A stretch of 63,053 bases of DNA, filler included, from Octopus bimaculoides (Eukaryota), in NCBI RefSeq assembly GCF_001194135.2. It is 8 parts of 6 records of this genome, joined end to end, with 100 filler letters (N's around TTAATTAATTAA, not from the genome) between each part and the next. Parts side by side here need not be neighbours in the genome. Positions count along the whole stretch, not along the records: positions 15,023 to 37,448 come from NC_068986.1; positions 37,549 to 50,553 come from NC_068984.1; 6 more parts are not named here. The stretch is one strand, 5' to 3'. Position 1 is the stretch's first letter. Each line of letters starts with the position of its first letter. This document shows, piece after piece, positions 26,807-38,954 of the stretch. The notes under the pieces are model-generated. The model did not search any database. It had not been told where the DNA came from and saw nothing but the letters and a program-made list of their open reading frames with translations. The position numbers and the translations under genes are program-made.

Positions 26807-26921
26807 GGGGTTAAGTCGAATACATCGAACCTAGTGCGTAACTGTTACTTATTTAATCGACCCCGAAAGGATGATAAGCATATTCGACCGCGGCGGAATT
26901 TGAGCTCAGAACGTTACGAAA
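26807..26921 (-). mobile_element. SINE family A, partial (head lost in gap)
   Basis: Contains ATCGACCCCGAAAGGATG...GGCGGAATTTGAGCTCAGAACG, shared with 36238-36494 and 47790-47998. Confidence 0.75.
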
Positions 26922-27495
26922 NNNNNNNNNNNNNNNNNNNNNNNNNNNNNNNNNNNNNNNNNNNNNNNNNNNNNNNNNNNNNNNNNNNNNNNNNNNNNNN
27001 NNNNNNNNNNNNNNNNNNNNNNNNNNNNNNNNNNNNNNNNNNNNNNNNNNNNNNNNNNNNNNNNNNNNNNNNNNNNNNNNNNNNNNNNNNNNNNNNNNNN
27101 NNNNNNNNNNNNNNNNNNNNNNNNNNNNNNNNNNNNNNNNNNNNNNNNNNNNNNNNNNNNNNNNNNNNNNNNNNNNNNNNNNNNNNNNNNNNNNNNNNNN
27201 NNNNNNNNNNNNNNNNNNNNNNNNNNNNNNNNNNNNNNNNNNNNNNNNNNNNNNNNNNNNNNNNNNNNNNNNNNNNNNNNNNNNNNNNNNNNNNNNNNNN
27301 NNNNNNNNNNNNNNNNNNNNNNNNNNNNNNNNNNNNNNNNNNNNNNNNNNNNNNNNNNNNNNNNNNNNNNNNNNNNNNNNNNNNNNNNATATATATGTAT
27401 ATAAGGATAAAATTGTTAAGAATTTTTATCAGTGGCCTGCATATAAAAAGATAGAACTATTAAGGTGAAGTCATAAATACAATTATAATGAAGGG

Positions 27496-28215
27496 CATAG
27501 AAAATACATTTGCCTATATGCTGAAAGGATACGTGAAATCGTCGAACAGTATCAAATATCACAATTATTATTGTTACACATGTGCAGAAAATCGAGGGAG
27601 CAAACTAACGGAGATTCATAAAAATGAGCTATTTCTGGATCGACCAACTTCAGGATTAATCCAGAAAACTGGGTATTCTCGTCAACAGAGAATACTGCCC
27701 AAATAAATGAAATACCTATATATACCCATAACGTCTCCTTTCAGTATATAAGCAATAAGAATTTTCTATGCCTTTAATTTTTATTGTGTTTATGATTTCT
27801 CCTTACTAGGTCTATCTTTTTATATGCTGGCCACTAATATTAGAATTAAGCTGATTCCCATTCACTTCGGCATAGTCTAGCCACTTATGTGCTATTCGTG
27901 ACCGGATACACACGTGTCGGGGCCTGCTATGGAATTCGAAATGGATATATCAGGGGTAATTATATGCATTCATTACATGGCGTCTGCTTATCTGTGCATG
28001 TGTATAAGTATTTCCTCAGTATTCTCTGCTGACGAAGGAAAAACCTTTGTGTTAATCCAGAAATTGGCCGATCCAGAAATAACTCAATTTCATCAATCTC
28101 CGTTAGCTTGTTCCATCGATTTCCCGCACGTGTGTAACAATAATAGTGATGATACTTAATGTGGTTCGACGATTTAGCCTCTTCTAGATGCGAATAGGCA
28201 AGAATTTTGTATGCA
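27496..28215. mobile_element. Foldback/MITE-like element with ~220-bp imperfect terminal inverted repeats
   Basis: 27496-27720 is the reverse complement of ~28004-28215 (shared TATTATTGTTACAC, CTAACGGAGATT, TATTTCTGGATCG, CAGAGAATACTG); roughly 80% identity by eye. Confidence 0.8.
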
Positions 28216-28833
28216 CTAAATTATATATAAATATATATGCATTTATATATATATATATATATATATAGTTATTAATATTTCTAAGTCTCTCTAAAGGAGA
28301 CTACGGCAGCGGTACTGGAAATTAATAGTTATCGCCAAGCCAACATGGCAGTCCCAAAATTAGGACGAAAGCTGCCGTGAATTNNNNNNNNNNNNNNNNN
28401 NNNNNNNNNNNNNNNNNNNNNNNNNNNNNNNNNNNNNNNNNNNNNNNNNNNNNNNNNNNNNNNNNNNNNNNNNNNNNNNNNNNNNNNNNNNNNNNNNNNN
28501 NNNNNNNNNNNNNNNNNNNNNNNNNNNNNNNNNNNNNNNNNNNNNNNNNNNNNNNNNNNNNNNNNNNNNNNNNNNNNNNNNNNNNNNNNNNNNNNNNNNN
28601 NNNNNNNNNNNNNNNNNNNNNNNNNNNNNNNNNNNNNNNNNNNNNNNNNNNNNNNNNNNNNNNNNNNNNNNNNNNNNNNNNNNNNNNNNNNNNNNNNNNN
28701 NNNNNNNNNNNNNNNNNNNNNNNNNATACATATATATATATATACATACTTTATTTAAGTAAAGCATATTACTCTATCTCTGGTTTTCGAGTACTCTTTT
28801 TTTCCAACTTGTTTCACATCTATGTGCTTACTC

Positions 28834-28867
<34 letters not shown>

Positions 28868-28904
28868 GGGCGTCTACATAGTTTTCATCAACCCAATGAA
28901 TTCA

Positions 28905-29010
28905 TGAGGCTATGTTCTGCTCAGTGTTATGCTAAAGGACACTTACCTTAGGTGCCACATTGTGGGACTTAATCCGAAACCATGTGGTTGTGTGTAGAAT
29001 AAACTTCTAA
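28905..29010 (-). mobile_element. SINE family B, degenerate partial copy
   Basis: GGACACTTACCTTAGGTGCCACATTGTGGGACTTAATCCGAAACCATGTGGTTG aligns with 9993-10153 and 60422-60571. Confidence 0.6.
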
Positions 29011-29887
29011 GCAACTGCTTCGGTTCTGCCTACATTAATGTGAAAAAGAACCAAAGCAAAACGAAACAGATATACATTTGATGAGATATTGGGTATAAAA
29101 TTTACGACTTTGACTCAGCCTCCTCGTAAGAAATATGTAGTTGGCATAAGAATATATTGCGAATAAGGAATGTCACTGAAGGAAAGAGGAAATAGTGCTT
29201 CTACTACGACTGCTTACACCGTTATTGTATAAGGCATACAAATATTTCTCTGCGATAAATCAATTTTATCTTGGTCGTTGTCATTATGCTGCGGTTGTAG
29301 TTATTGCTGTCAACCCTCATAGAACGACTTATGATCAAAGAATCGCCCACATGGTCTTTTAGACGTTTCTACGACTTCATTAGCTAATGTGTACTTACCT
29401 CATTTAAGACGGTAAGAATGTTCACACGTTTATATTTGCCTATATATCTGCATGCGAGTGTGTACGCTTATATGTATAGGTTTCATGCTGTAATGATACA
29501 ACAACTTGGTGAGCATGCATATAGCGTGACGTATGCAATACTGCAACCTTTAAGACGCCATATTATGATTTTAAATCATAATTACCTTGAGCCTGAAAGA
29601 TTGTAGGATGGTACACGCTACTATAAATAAGTTCAGCCGACTACTCTACTATCTGAAGATGTAACTAATAGTAGCTCATATATACATCACGCTGTCCATT
29701 AAATGGTATTTATTACTCACACTAGTTGGAGTACTCTTCTTCGTGAACGCAGTAATAACGTAACAGTATATGAATATATATATATTTATGGAAATAGCAG
29801 TCGATAATATAGGATACTATAGTAAAGCTTCACTCTATATATAAACTGGTAAAGATGTTTGTGGGCGGCGAACATAAAAAAAAATCA

Positions 29888-30408
29888 TCTTACCTGTAGG
29901 GAGAACATTAGATAAATGTACACCCCAGATGTGGATAATCTAGGACCTAGTATTCAAGCTCTGCAAGATACATTTGTTAAAGTAAATTTGATTAGTCCCC
30001 CTCAGTTAGATTTACCGGGGGCAACATTTTGAATGCTGCTACATCAGTGCCAGTATACTCGCTGTTAACAGAACTGAGAACAGTGAAAAAGGTTTCCAAG
30101 AAAAAAATTTAAATATTGCAATACGGTAGTATTGCTTACCAATGAAACTAAGCACCATAAGGTTAGAGTATAAATGTAGAATGGTGGTACAACAATGCAC
30201 CAGCATTTTCTGAAAATAGCAGCCACAATTCCTATTACCTGTACGAAGAACATTAGATAAATGTACAAACCAGATGTCGATAATCTAGAACTTAGGTTTC
30301 GAACTCTCTAAATTGCGTTTGTTAACATAAATTTTACTAGTCGTCCTCAACTAGATTCACCGGGACAAAATTTTGAATGTTGCTACATAAGTGTCAGTAT
30401 ACTCGCAT
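29888..30408. repeat. Diverged direct duplication (~170-bp unit, 345-bp period)
   Basis: TTACCTGTA..GAACATTAGATAAATGTACA..CCAGATGT..GATAATCTAG..TTTTGAATG..GCTACAT..CAGTATACTCGC occurs at ~29890-30062 and ~30235-30407. Confidence 0.85.
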
Positions 30409-30457
30409 GAACGCCTAGCCATTAACAGACCGAGATGAATAGATAGATAGATAGATA

Positions 30458-31302
30458 ACTTTCTTTTATTAGCCAACCAGGGCTGCACACAGAGGGGACA
30501 AATACAACTGTAGAGCTTTTCTTTAAAAAAAAAAAGAATCCGATCAAAAGGGATCGGTAGGGGCAAACAAATAAAAAAAGGGGGGGGGTATCGTATATCA
30601 CAGAGAAAATGTCAATTGTGTAAAATGGGGTAACATTAGGTTTATCCATGGAGAGAAAANNNNNNNNNNNNNNNNNNNNNNNNNNNNNNNNNNNNNNNNN
30701 NNNNNNNNNNNNNNNNNNNNNNNNNNNNNNNNNNNNNNNNNNNNNNNNNNNNNNNNNNNNNNNNNNNNNNNNNNNNNNNNNNNNNNNNNNNNNNNNNNNN
30801 NNNNNNNNNNNNNNNNNNNNNNNNNNNNNNNNNNNNNNNNNNNNNNNNNNNNNNNNNNNNNNNNNNNNNNNNNNNNNNNNNNNNNNNNNNNNNNNNNNNN
30901 NNNNNNNNNNNNNNNNNNNNNNNNNNNNNNNNNTCTCACCTTCCTTTTCAAGTGATACTTGAAAAAGTTGATGAGCGATTGGCCAGAGAGGTAGGTTTTC
31001 GTCTCTAATCCTTTCGCTCGGGTCCACCACACACATTCTTTCACCATGGCCACCAGTATGATGAACACTGCCTTGCCTTCCCTGTTGAGGGACGGTGGTG
31101 GAGCAATTTGCACAATAGACTCGGCTGACAGGCGGACTCGTCCCACACGTGACAGCAGCCGTTCGGCATAAGCCCACAGGTCGGAAATCTTTGGACACTG
31201 CACGATTGCGTGCAGAATGGTTTCGTCGCTCTGACCGCATCTCGGGCAGGTCGGTCCGGTGTGTCTCGAACCGTGCCTGTAATGCTTATCTCGAACGGGT
31301 AA
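30458..31302 (-). mobile_element. Tx1-clade LINE 3' end (CCHC zinc knuckle, 3' UTR, AATAAA) embedded in (TATC)n
   Basis: LPVRDK..GPTCPRCGQSDETILHAIVQCP..KECVWWTR..FFKYHLKRKVR. AATAAA at 30465-30470 is followed by (TATC)n, and a TATC-type microsatellite also lies at the 5' truncation point. Confidence 0.88.
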
Positions 31303-31753
31303 AACAGATAGATATATAGACAGGCAGATAGATAGGTAGGTAGATAGGTAGACAGATAAATAGATAGATAGATACATAATATATAGATAGATATGACTAA
31401 TGTGAGGAACGGTAACGTGAAATAGAATAATTAGATATGAAATCACAGCTGTCATATTCATAAGGGACACAGTTTTTAGGTATTGAGTACGTTTTAACCT
31501 TCTTGCCGATAGTTATATCTTCTCTCTCTCTCTCTATCTCTATGAATACATAAACACACACAAACACACACACACACATACACACACATATATACACATA
31601 CACACACACATATATATGTATTTATAGGAGTACATGTGTAGAAATGCACACATATGTGTATAAATATATATACCTACATATGTATGTACATGTATGTACG
31701 GGTTTATCTTTCTGAATGCATATAGAATACATAAGGACACATGTGTCTATGTG

Positions 31754-31824
<71 letters not shown>

Positions 31825-32788
31825 GTAGATATATTTAGAGTCTAATTGTGTTATCTGCATCACTACCTCTCTTTCTCCCACTCTCTGTGATATATNNNNN
31901 NNNNNNNNNNNNNNNNNNNNNNNNNNNNNNNNNNNNNNNNNNNNNNNNNNNNNNNNNNNNNNNNNNNNNNNNNNNNNNNNNNNNNNNNNNNNNNNNNNNN
32001 NNNNNNNNNNNNNNNNNNNNNNNNNNNNNNNNNNNNNNNNNNNNNNNNNNNNNTAGGTAGTAAAAGTTGAGGTAACCAACTTCTGTAACACTGTGTATAT
32101 ACTTTTGTCTGTGTAAGGTGTATGATTTTCATAATGACTAGATTCAATGATAATTGGATCACTGTTTCGTATCATGTCTTGTAAAATTGTACCTGGAACG
32201 TAAATGATCGATTTCACGTCTCCTATTTTGAAAACAAATGTCTGTCTATGTCAGAACCATCACTTTGTCTTCAGACAGGCACTATAGTAAATGATACCCT
32301 ATGGAAGCGTATCGACGTTCAAAAGAATTACTAGACACCGGTAAGAGGTCAAAGACTCACTTCTGATAATATTATCTAATAACTATTGGATCGATAACAC
32401 ATTCACACGCGCGACAAATTTACACAAATACTCTCATATCTCTGTCTCTCACACACAGACGCAGACACACATACGCACACATACACACACACACACACAC
32501 ACACGCACATAACGCAATTCGAATTCATACAAAATGATTGGAGTATAATAAGACGAACGGGAATGCATATGGGGTGCCGAATGCTACAACGGAAATGACG
32601 CCAAAAACAATGGCAGAAGAGATTGCGACAGGAGTATAGCCAGAACTGCTATCGCCACTTTGCAATAAATGGCAGTTCTGGCTGAAACAGGAATGGCGGT
32701 GACGTCAATAAACATGAGAAAATAATCAGCAACAGCAACAACAACAAAAAAGAACATTGATAGCGAGAACGATGGAAACAGAAATATT

Positions 32789-33254
32789 AGCAGAGCAACA
32801 GAGCCTTTCTGAAAATAAAAATACTGGTAGAGCAAAAGGGCATTTCTGAAAACAGAAATATTGGCAGACCAAAAGGGCCTTTTTGAAAGCAGAAATATTA
32901 GCAGAGCACTGGGGCATTTCTGAAAACAGAAATATTAGCAGAGCATAAGGGCATTTCTGGAAATAGAAATATTGGCAGACCAAAAGGGCCTTTTTGAAAG
33001 CAGAAATATTANNNNNNNNNNACAACAAAAAAGAACATTGATAGCGAGAACGATGGAAACAGAAATATTAGCAGAGCAACAGAGCCTTTCTGAAAATAAA
33101 AATACTGGTAGAGCAAAAGGGCATTTCTGAAAACAGAAATATTGGCAGACCAAAAGGGCCTTTTTGAAAGCAGAAATATTAGCAGAGCACTAGGGCATTT
33201 CTGAAAACAGAAATATTAGCAGAGCATCAGGGCATTTCTGGAAACAGAAATATT
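32789..33254. repeat. 37-bp minisatellite with variant (higher-order) units
   Basis: Units such as AGCAGAGCACTGGGGCATTTCTGAAAACAGAAATATT and GGCAGACCAAAAGGGCCTTTTTGAAAGCAGAAATATT; 6 units before and 5 after the 10-N gap. Confidence 0.92.
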
Positions 33255-33274
33255 CTTTTCTAGTCTAGGCACAT

Positions 33275-34526
33275 GGAAGGGAGTATGGAAGGTATCAGGT
33301 GTAGAATTAAATGTTGAGCTTCGACTACTGACGACCATCTACCATGAAGATGGACAGTAAGATCCAGGACCGGAAGTCCTGTATACAGGTAGGCATGATA
33401 TTGGCTAACCATAAGAAGGAACACTAAAATCGCTGACGTCAAATACTTGGCACTAAAGTGAGCTCATTATCCTTTTGGGGAAGGGGTCCAGCCGATTACA
33501 TTGACCTCAGTACGCAGCTGGTGCTTAATTTATCAGCCCCGAAATGATGAAAGGTAAAGTTAACCTCAGCGGAATTTGAACTCAGAAAGTAAAGACAGAC
33601 GAAATACTGCTAAGAATTTTGCCCGGCGTGCTTAACATTTCTGCCAGCAACAGGGCACCTTCCGATGCTATGTAGACAGCCTGCTCAACCGCCGCGGGTA
33701 CAACCACCACCGCTACCTCTACTACTTTAACGAATCTGGATGAATCATACAAAATCGGATGCAGCGTAGGTCGAACCCGAAATACAGAGATTAAAATAAA
33801 ATCTCTGATATCGCATTCACACAACACCCACCACCACCACCATCAGTTTTTTCCCCCCCACATCGTATCTTGTCTTAGCCCAGGCAATGCACCCTTCATA
33901 CTTCATATTGACGATTGATCGAAGACTAATCTCACCGTGAACACGTCAGTTGTGACGCCTTTCCCAAACACATCTAAGTTTATATGTTATTCTCCCTCTA
34001 ATCTAGGTTTTTCCTATACTTTATCGATCCTGTTCTAATTGTTTTGTTTTTTCAGGAAAAAGGGCTTTTTTAATTAACGAATGCCTCTGTCAATGACCGC
34101 TTAACTAATTCATTCAGTCTAACTTCCTTTTGTTTTGATCATTTAGTTTGCAGAAACATAAAGATCTCATGAGAAATGTTAAAAGTACTTCACAGTTGTT
34201 TGAAATTTTTCATAGTTCTCACATAGTCGAGTTCCAAAACCTGGGAAAAAGCAAAATAAAAATAAAACGCTATTTATACGCCCCTTTTACAGTCACTATA
34301 TAGCTTTACAAAACAAAGGACCGCGCCTGGGATAATGAGTTCGCTTTAGTGCCAAACATTTTACGTCAGCGATTTTAGTGTTCCCTCTTATGGTTAGCCA
34401 ATATCATGCCTATCTGTATATAGGACTTCCGGTCCTGGAACTTATTGACCATCTTCATGGTAGATGGTCGTCAGTAGTCAAAGCTCAACATTTAATTCTC
34501 CACCTGATGCCACCCTTACTCCCATC
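33275..34526. mobile_element. ~197-bp inverted repeat pair flanking ~860 bp (foldback-like, or two opposed copies of a dispersed repeat)
   Basis: 33275-33471 is the reverse complement of 34331-34526 at about 90% identity by eye. The ORF track shows the same peptide on opposite strands. Confidence 0.87.
33472..33648 (-). mobile_element. SINE family A
   Basis: Reverse complement begins GCTGGCAGAAATGTTAAGCACGCCGGGCAAAAT and contains GAGTTCAAATTCCGCTGAGGTT and TCATTTCGGGGCTGATAAATTAAGCACC. Confidence 0.8.
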
Positions 34527-34657
34527 CTATTTCTATTCGCAGTTCTTAAAAATTCATTTAACTTTATTTTCCCCTGAATATCATTAATGTTCATATCGAT
34601 GGAAACTTTGTAGCGTCTTATTTCATCATGTTACAAAAGAATAACTGCACATAGCAA

Positions 34658-34713
<56 letters not shown>

Positions 34714-34763
34714 NNNNNNNNNNNNNNNNNNNNNNNNNNNNNNNNNNNNNNNNNNNNNNNNNN

Positions 34764-34818
<55 letters not shown>

Positions 34819-35389
34819 TTATATCAAAATAAAACAAAAAAATGTCAGTCTTTAGATCATGGTTCTGTAAGAACAACCACTGCTTTATTTTATTTTCGCG
34901 CTGCATCACAAGTCAGTTTCCGCTTCCTCCATAGTTCCAAGAAACACCAAAGACCCGAATATTTCCCACACTTCGCCAGTTAGCTTCTTATGTCAAAGGA
35001 ATGTTTACCGCAATAATTCACGCCCACAGACTCTCTACATATCGCTCTTCTCTCCTTTTCTTTCTCTCTCTCTCTTGCTCTGTCACTCAATCTATCTGTC
35101 TATCGATCGCTTTGCTCAAACTATCTCCCTTTCATTTCTCTCGAAGCGTTCATCTCTATCTGCCCCTCTCTCATACATGTACTCTTTCGCACAATCACAG
35201 CGCGTCTGTCTCTTATCACAATCTTGGTTTAATATATTTTTTTCAGTTCCTCACACGTTCTCTGCTCTTCGTATTAAATTCTTTTCAAATCACCAGAGAC
35301 GCAGATAATTCGCTTCCACTCTCGCGTTTCTATGATTCCTTCATTCTTTTCCTCCTATACGCCTCTCTACACACAAAGTTAAACGCGTG

Positions 35390-35900
35390 ACTTTTTGTGT
35401 CTTACTTTGCGTGTATGCATGTACAAGTGTATGTATGTACGAGTGTATGTATGTACGAGTGTATGTATGTACGAGTGTATGTATGTATTCCTGTGTTGTT
35501 TGTATGCATGTATGTATGTATGTATGCATGTATATATGTATATATGTATGTATGGATGGATGCATGTCTATATGTATGCAGATATGTATGTACGTATGCA
35601 TGTATGTATTTATGCATGTTTGTATATACGTATGCATGTATGTATGCATGTTTGTATGTATTCATGCATGTATGTATATACGTATGCATGCATGTATGTA
35701 TTTTTGCTTGTATGTATGTATGCATGTTTTTATGTATGTATGTATGTTTGTATGCATGTATGTATGTATATATTTATGCATGTATATACATATATATATG
35801 TGTGTGTGTGTGTATTATATATATATGTGTGTTTGTAAATATATATATATGTATGTGTGTGTGTATATGTATGCCCGTGGGTGTGTATATGTGAGGATGT
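35390..35900. repeat. Degenerate (ATGT)n/(ATGC)n simple repeat
   Basis: Continuous tetranucleotide-derived low-complexity sequence; it explains the spurious MYVC/HTYI ORFs. Confidence 0.9.
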
Positions 35901-36237
35901 AATTTAATTTGTGTGCTATGTTCTTTCATTTGCTCTTTGATAAATGTTAAATTATAATTCTTGTATGCTTGCCAAATTCCTTGATAATTACACGTGACAG
36001 CAAAAGTAAATTCCCAAGTTACCCTTCACACACACACATACATACACACGCGCATATTCGCGCACACACATAAACATGCATAATATATTAATATGTATGT
36101 TTGTGTGTGCGCGCGTGGTTTGTGTATGTGTGTGTGTGTGTGCATGCACTCATACAGACATACGCCGACATATCCTCATGCTTACATGTCTTCAAGACAT
36201 AAATACTAACCTGATGGTTAACAAGTGCGCTTCGTAA

Positions 36238-36494
36238 GGCGGCGAGCTGGCAGAATCGTTAGCACGCCGGGCGAAATGCTTCGCGGTATTTCGTCTGTCT
36301 TTTACGTTCTGAGTTCNNNNNNNNNNTCGCGGTATTTCGTCTGTCTTTTACGTTCTGAGTTCAAATTCTGCCGAGGTCGACTTTGCCTTTCATCCTTTCG
36401 GGGGTCGATAATTTAAGTAGCATCTGCGAACTGGGGTCGATCTAATCGATTGACTCTCTCTAAAACTTTCGGGCCTTGTGCCTTGAGCAGAAAA
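36238..36494 (+). mobile_element. SINE family A (tRNA-derived, near full length; internal duplication across a 10-N gap)
   Basis: GGCGGCGAGCTGGCAGAATCGTTAGC head, B box GAGTTCAAATTC, central GGTCGACTTTGCCTTTCATCCTTTCGGGGGTCGATAA, tail CGGGCCTTGTGCC. Confidence 0.87.
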
Positions 36495-37094
36495 CAACTG
36501 CGCTTCGCAAATCAAACATCGCCATTTCAATCCCACTTCATGAAATCTATAGCAATTTTCTTTTATCAAATATCGTAGAGGGAGGTCGCTAATTTCCCTT
36601 GTAGATAAATATGTACCTGAGGTTCGTATGTTTGTGTGCTGAGGTAGTTCGTCATTGGGGCATGAACATCCGCACATCACATATACCCAGAATATAATAT
36701 AATATAATATGGTATAATATAGTGCAAACAAATTTACCATCCCACATGACTGCTTTCCCAAATGTTAGACCCCCGGGAGAATGCCACTGAAAATGTATGA
36801 TCTAAGAGTAGCGACCGTTGATTTATTTTCTTTAGGAGACTTTCTGCGAATTCACGAGAGCTTGTGTTTTCATTTAAAATGAAGACGAACACCATTCCGC
36901 CACATGATCGGCTGCAAGCATTATTTAGATATTTTGATAATTTTCTCAACATGAATTCAATGGCTGTCTTAATGCATAAGCAAAGTAATTTTATTCACCA
37001 ATGCGGTGTTGAGCACTCATTCTCGTCGTTCCATATTTACATACATATCTATATATAAGCATACACACAAATATATATGATGCGTGGGTTTATT

Positions 37095-37335
37095 TCGCTT
37101 AATCAAAGAAAACGCCCATCCCGAAATACAACAATATCTCGATGATAGATCGCTAGCCACTAAACCTTTTCTATTTTCTCTTCCTGTTTATTTCTATGTT
37201 CCTATCTGTCGAAGAGCGTAGGCTTGAAATGTAAAAAGACTTTCTCACTTCACGAGCGTTAAACTAATACACATGTTTTTCTGTTTACATTACCCGTCCT
37301 CACCTTCTGTTCTTTGTAAATTCTCACTATATATA
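37095..37335 (+). mobile_element. Probable PLE-derived repeat with a degenerate hammerhead-like motif at 37206-37238
   Basis: CTGTCGA-A-GAGC(GTAG)GCTT-GAAAT-GTA-AAAAG; the repeat ends in (TA)n. The core carries several substitutions. Confidence 0.4.
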
Positions 37336-38057
37336 TATATATAGATTATTTTTAATAGATAACTTATTTAACACTAAATTATTTAGAAGTTATAGTTTCA
37401 TTTCAACATAATATTAGAACTTCGATTTGAATAGTGTTGATATATTTTNNNNNNNNNNNNNNNNNNNNNNNNNNNNNNNNNNNNNNNNNNNNTTAATTAA
37501 TTAANNNNNNNNNNNNNNNNNNNNNNNNNNNNNNNNNNNNNNNNNNNNGCGCTATATTTTTAACCTTAGATCATCTTTCCCCTTCGGACTCAACACAGCC
37601 CCCTCCTCCTTATGACTCTCCCCTTTACGACAATGCAACACTTTTCTTTATTTATTATTTTTTATTATTATTATTATATTTTTTCCCCACCCCCCCTTCA
37701 TCCACTTTACATTATATCCATTATTCACGTTTTTATTACAATCACTACAATTTTCCACAATTTATTTCATCTCTTTCTACACGTACACATACCCACACAT
37801 AAAAATACACGCACCCATACACACACATGTATACACCTGCCCCCCAACACATCACACACACACAACACACATGCATGCACTTACACGCTCAGATTCNNNN
37901 NNNNNNNNNNNNNNNNNNNNNNNNNNNNNNNNNNNNNNNNNNNNNNNNNNNNNNNNNNNNNNNNNNNNNNNNNNNNNNNNNNNNNNNNNNNNNNNNCTTC
38001 TAACTTGTTGTCACTTGAGGTCTCTGGGTGAGACTTGGATCCAACTGTAAATCAAAC

Positions 38058-38124
<67 letters not shown>

Positions 38125-38125
<1 letters not shown>

Positions 38126-38954
38126 GGCACAATATATGGTAAATTAAGATACAATAGGGCATATAATACCACTTGCTAAAATCAGAGCCAATGCTAAAAA
38201 AAAACACGATAAAGATATATACGAGCAATGCAATGAACATATGAGAAATAGGTTTACCTTTGCATTGAATACATCAGTAAGTAGTGTATATTTCAATACC
38301 AATTGATTTCACGCTTTGCATGACAAACATATTCTGTGATCTTCAGTTAAATATTACATTTTAACATCTATTTCTAAAATGTTCACTATATTAACTCGTG
38401 TGCGCTCCTTACTTTAAACGTCCCGCTCCGTTTAAGAGAAAACTATCGTGAACAAGAAAAATTTAAATAAAAAAAGTATTATTACCATTATTTGTAGTAA
38501 TAGTTAGATGGCTAGCAAGTTCACACATTTACAGGCACAATATAAGGTAAATTAAGATTCAATATGGTATATAATACCACTTGCTAAAATCAGAGCCAAT
38601 GCTCAGAAAATCGCTATAAAAGTTACGATAAAGATACATACGAGCAATGCAATAAACGTATGAGAAATAGGCTTACCTTTGCGTTGGATACATTAATAAG
38701 TAATGTATATTTCAATACTAGTTGATTTCAGGTTTTGCATGACAAACATACTCTGCAATGAAATGAATTGGTATTGGAATATACATTACTTCCTCGTGTA
38801 TTCAACGCAAAGGTAAGCCTATTTTTCATATGCACATTACATTGTTCGTGTGTATCCTTATCGTGAGTTTTATAGAGGTTTCTGGATAATTGTCTCTGAT
38901 TTTAGGAAGTGGTATTTTATACCTTATTGAAACTATATATATATAGTGTACTGT
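38125..38954. repeat. ~420-bp palindromic MITE-like element (38531-38954) plus an extra direct copy of its left arm (38125-38336)
   Basis: AGGCACAATATA..ATACCACTTGCTAAAATCAGAGCCAATGCT..TTACCTTTGC..GCATGACAAACATA occurs twice in direct orientation; 38762-38954 is its reverse complement. Confidence 0.87.

Noticed and set aside
28020-28159. Asp-box-like peptide SADEGKTF in ORF 27914-28159
   Set aside because: It lies inside one arm of the 27496-28215 inverted repeat, whose other arm does not preserve it; coincidental.
32789-33254. CRISPR-like array
   Set aside because: The units are contiguous 37-mers without unique spacers, in a eukaryotic context with no cas genes.
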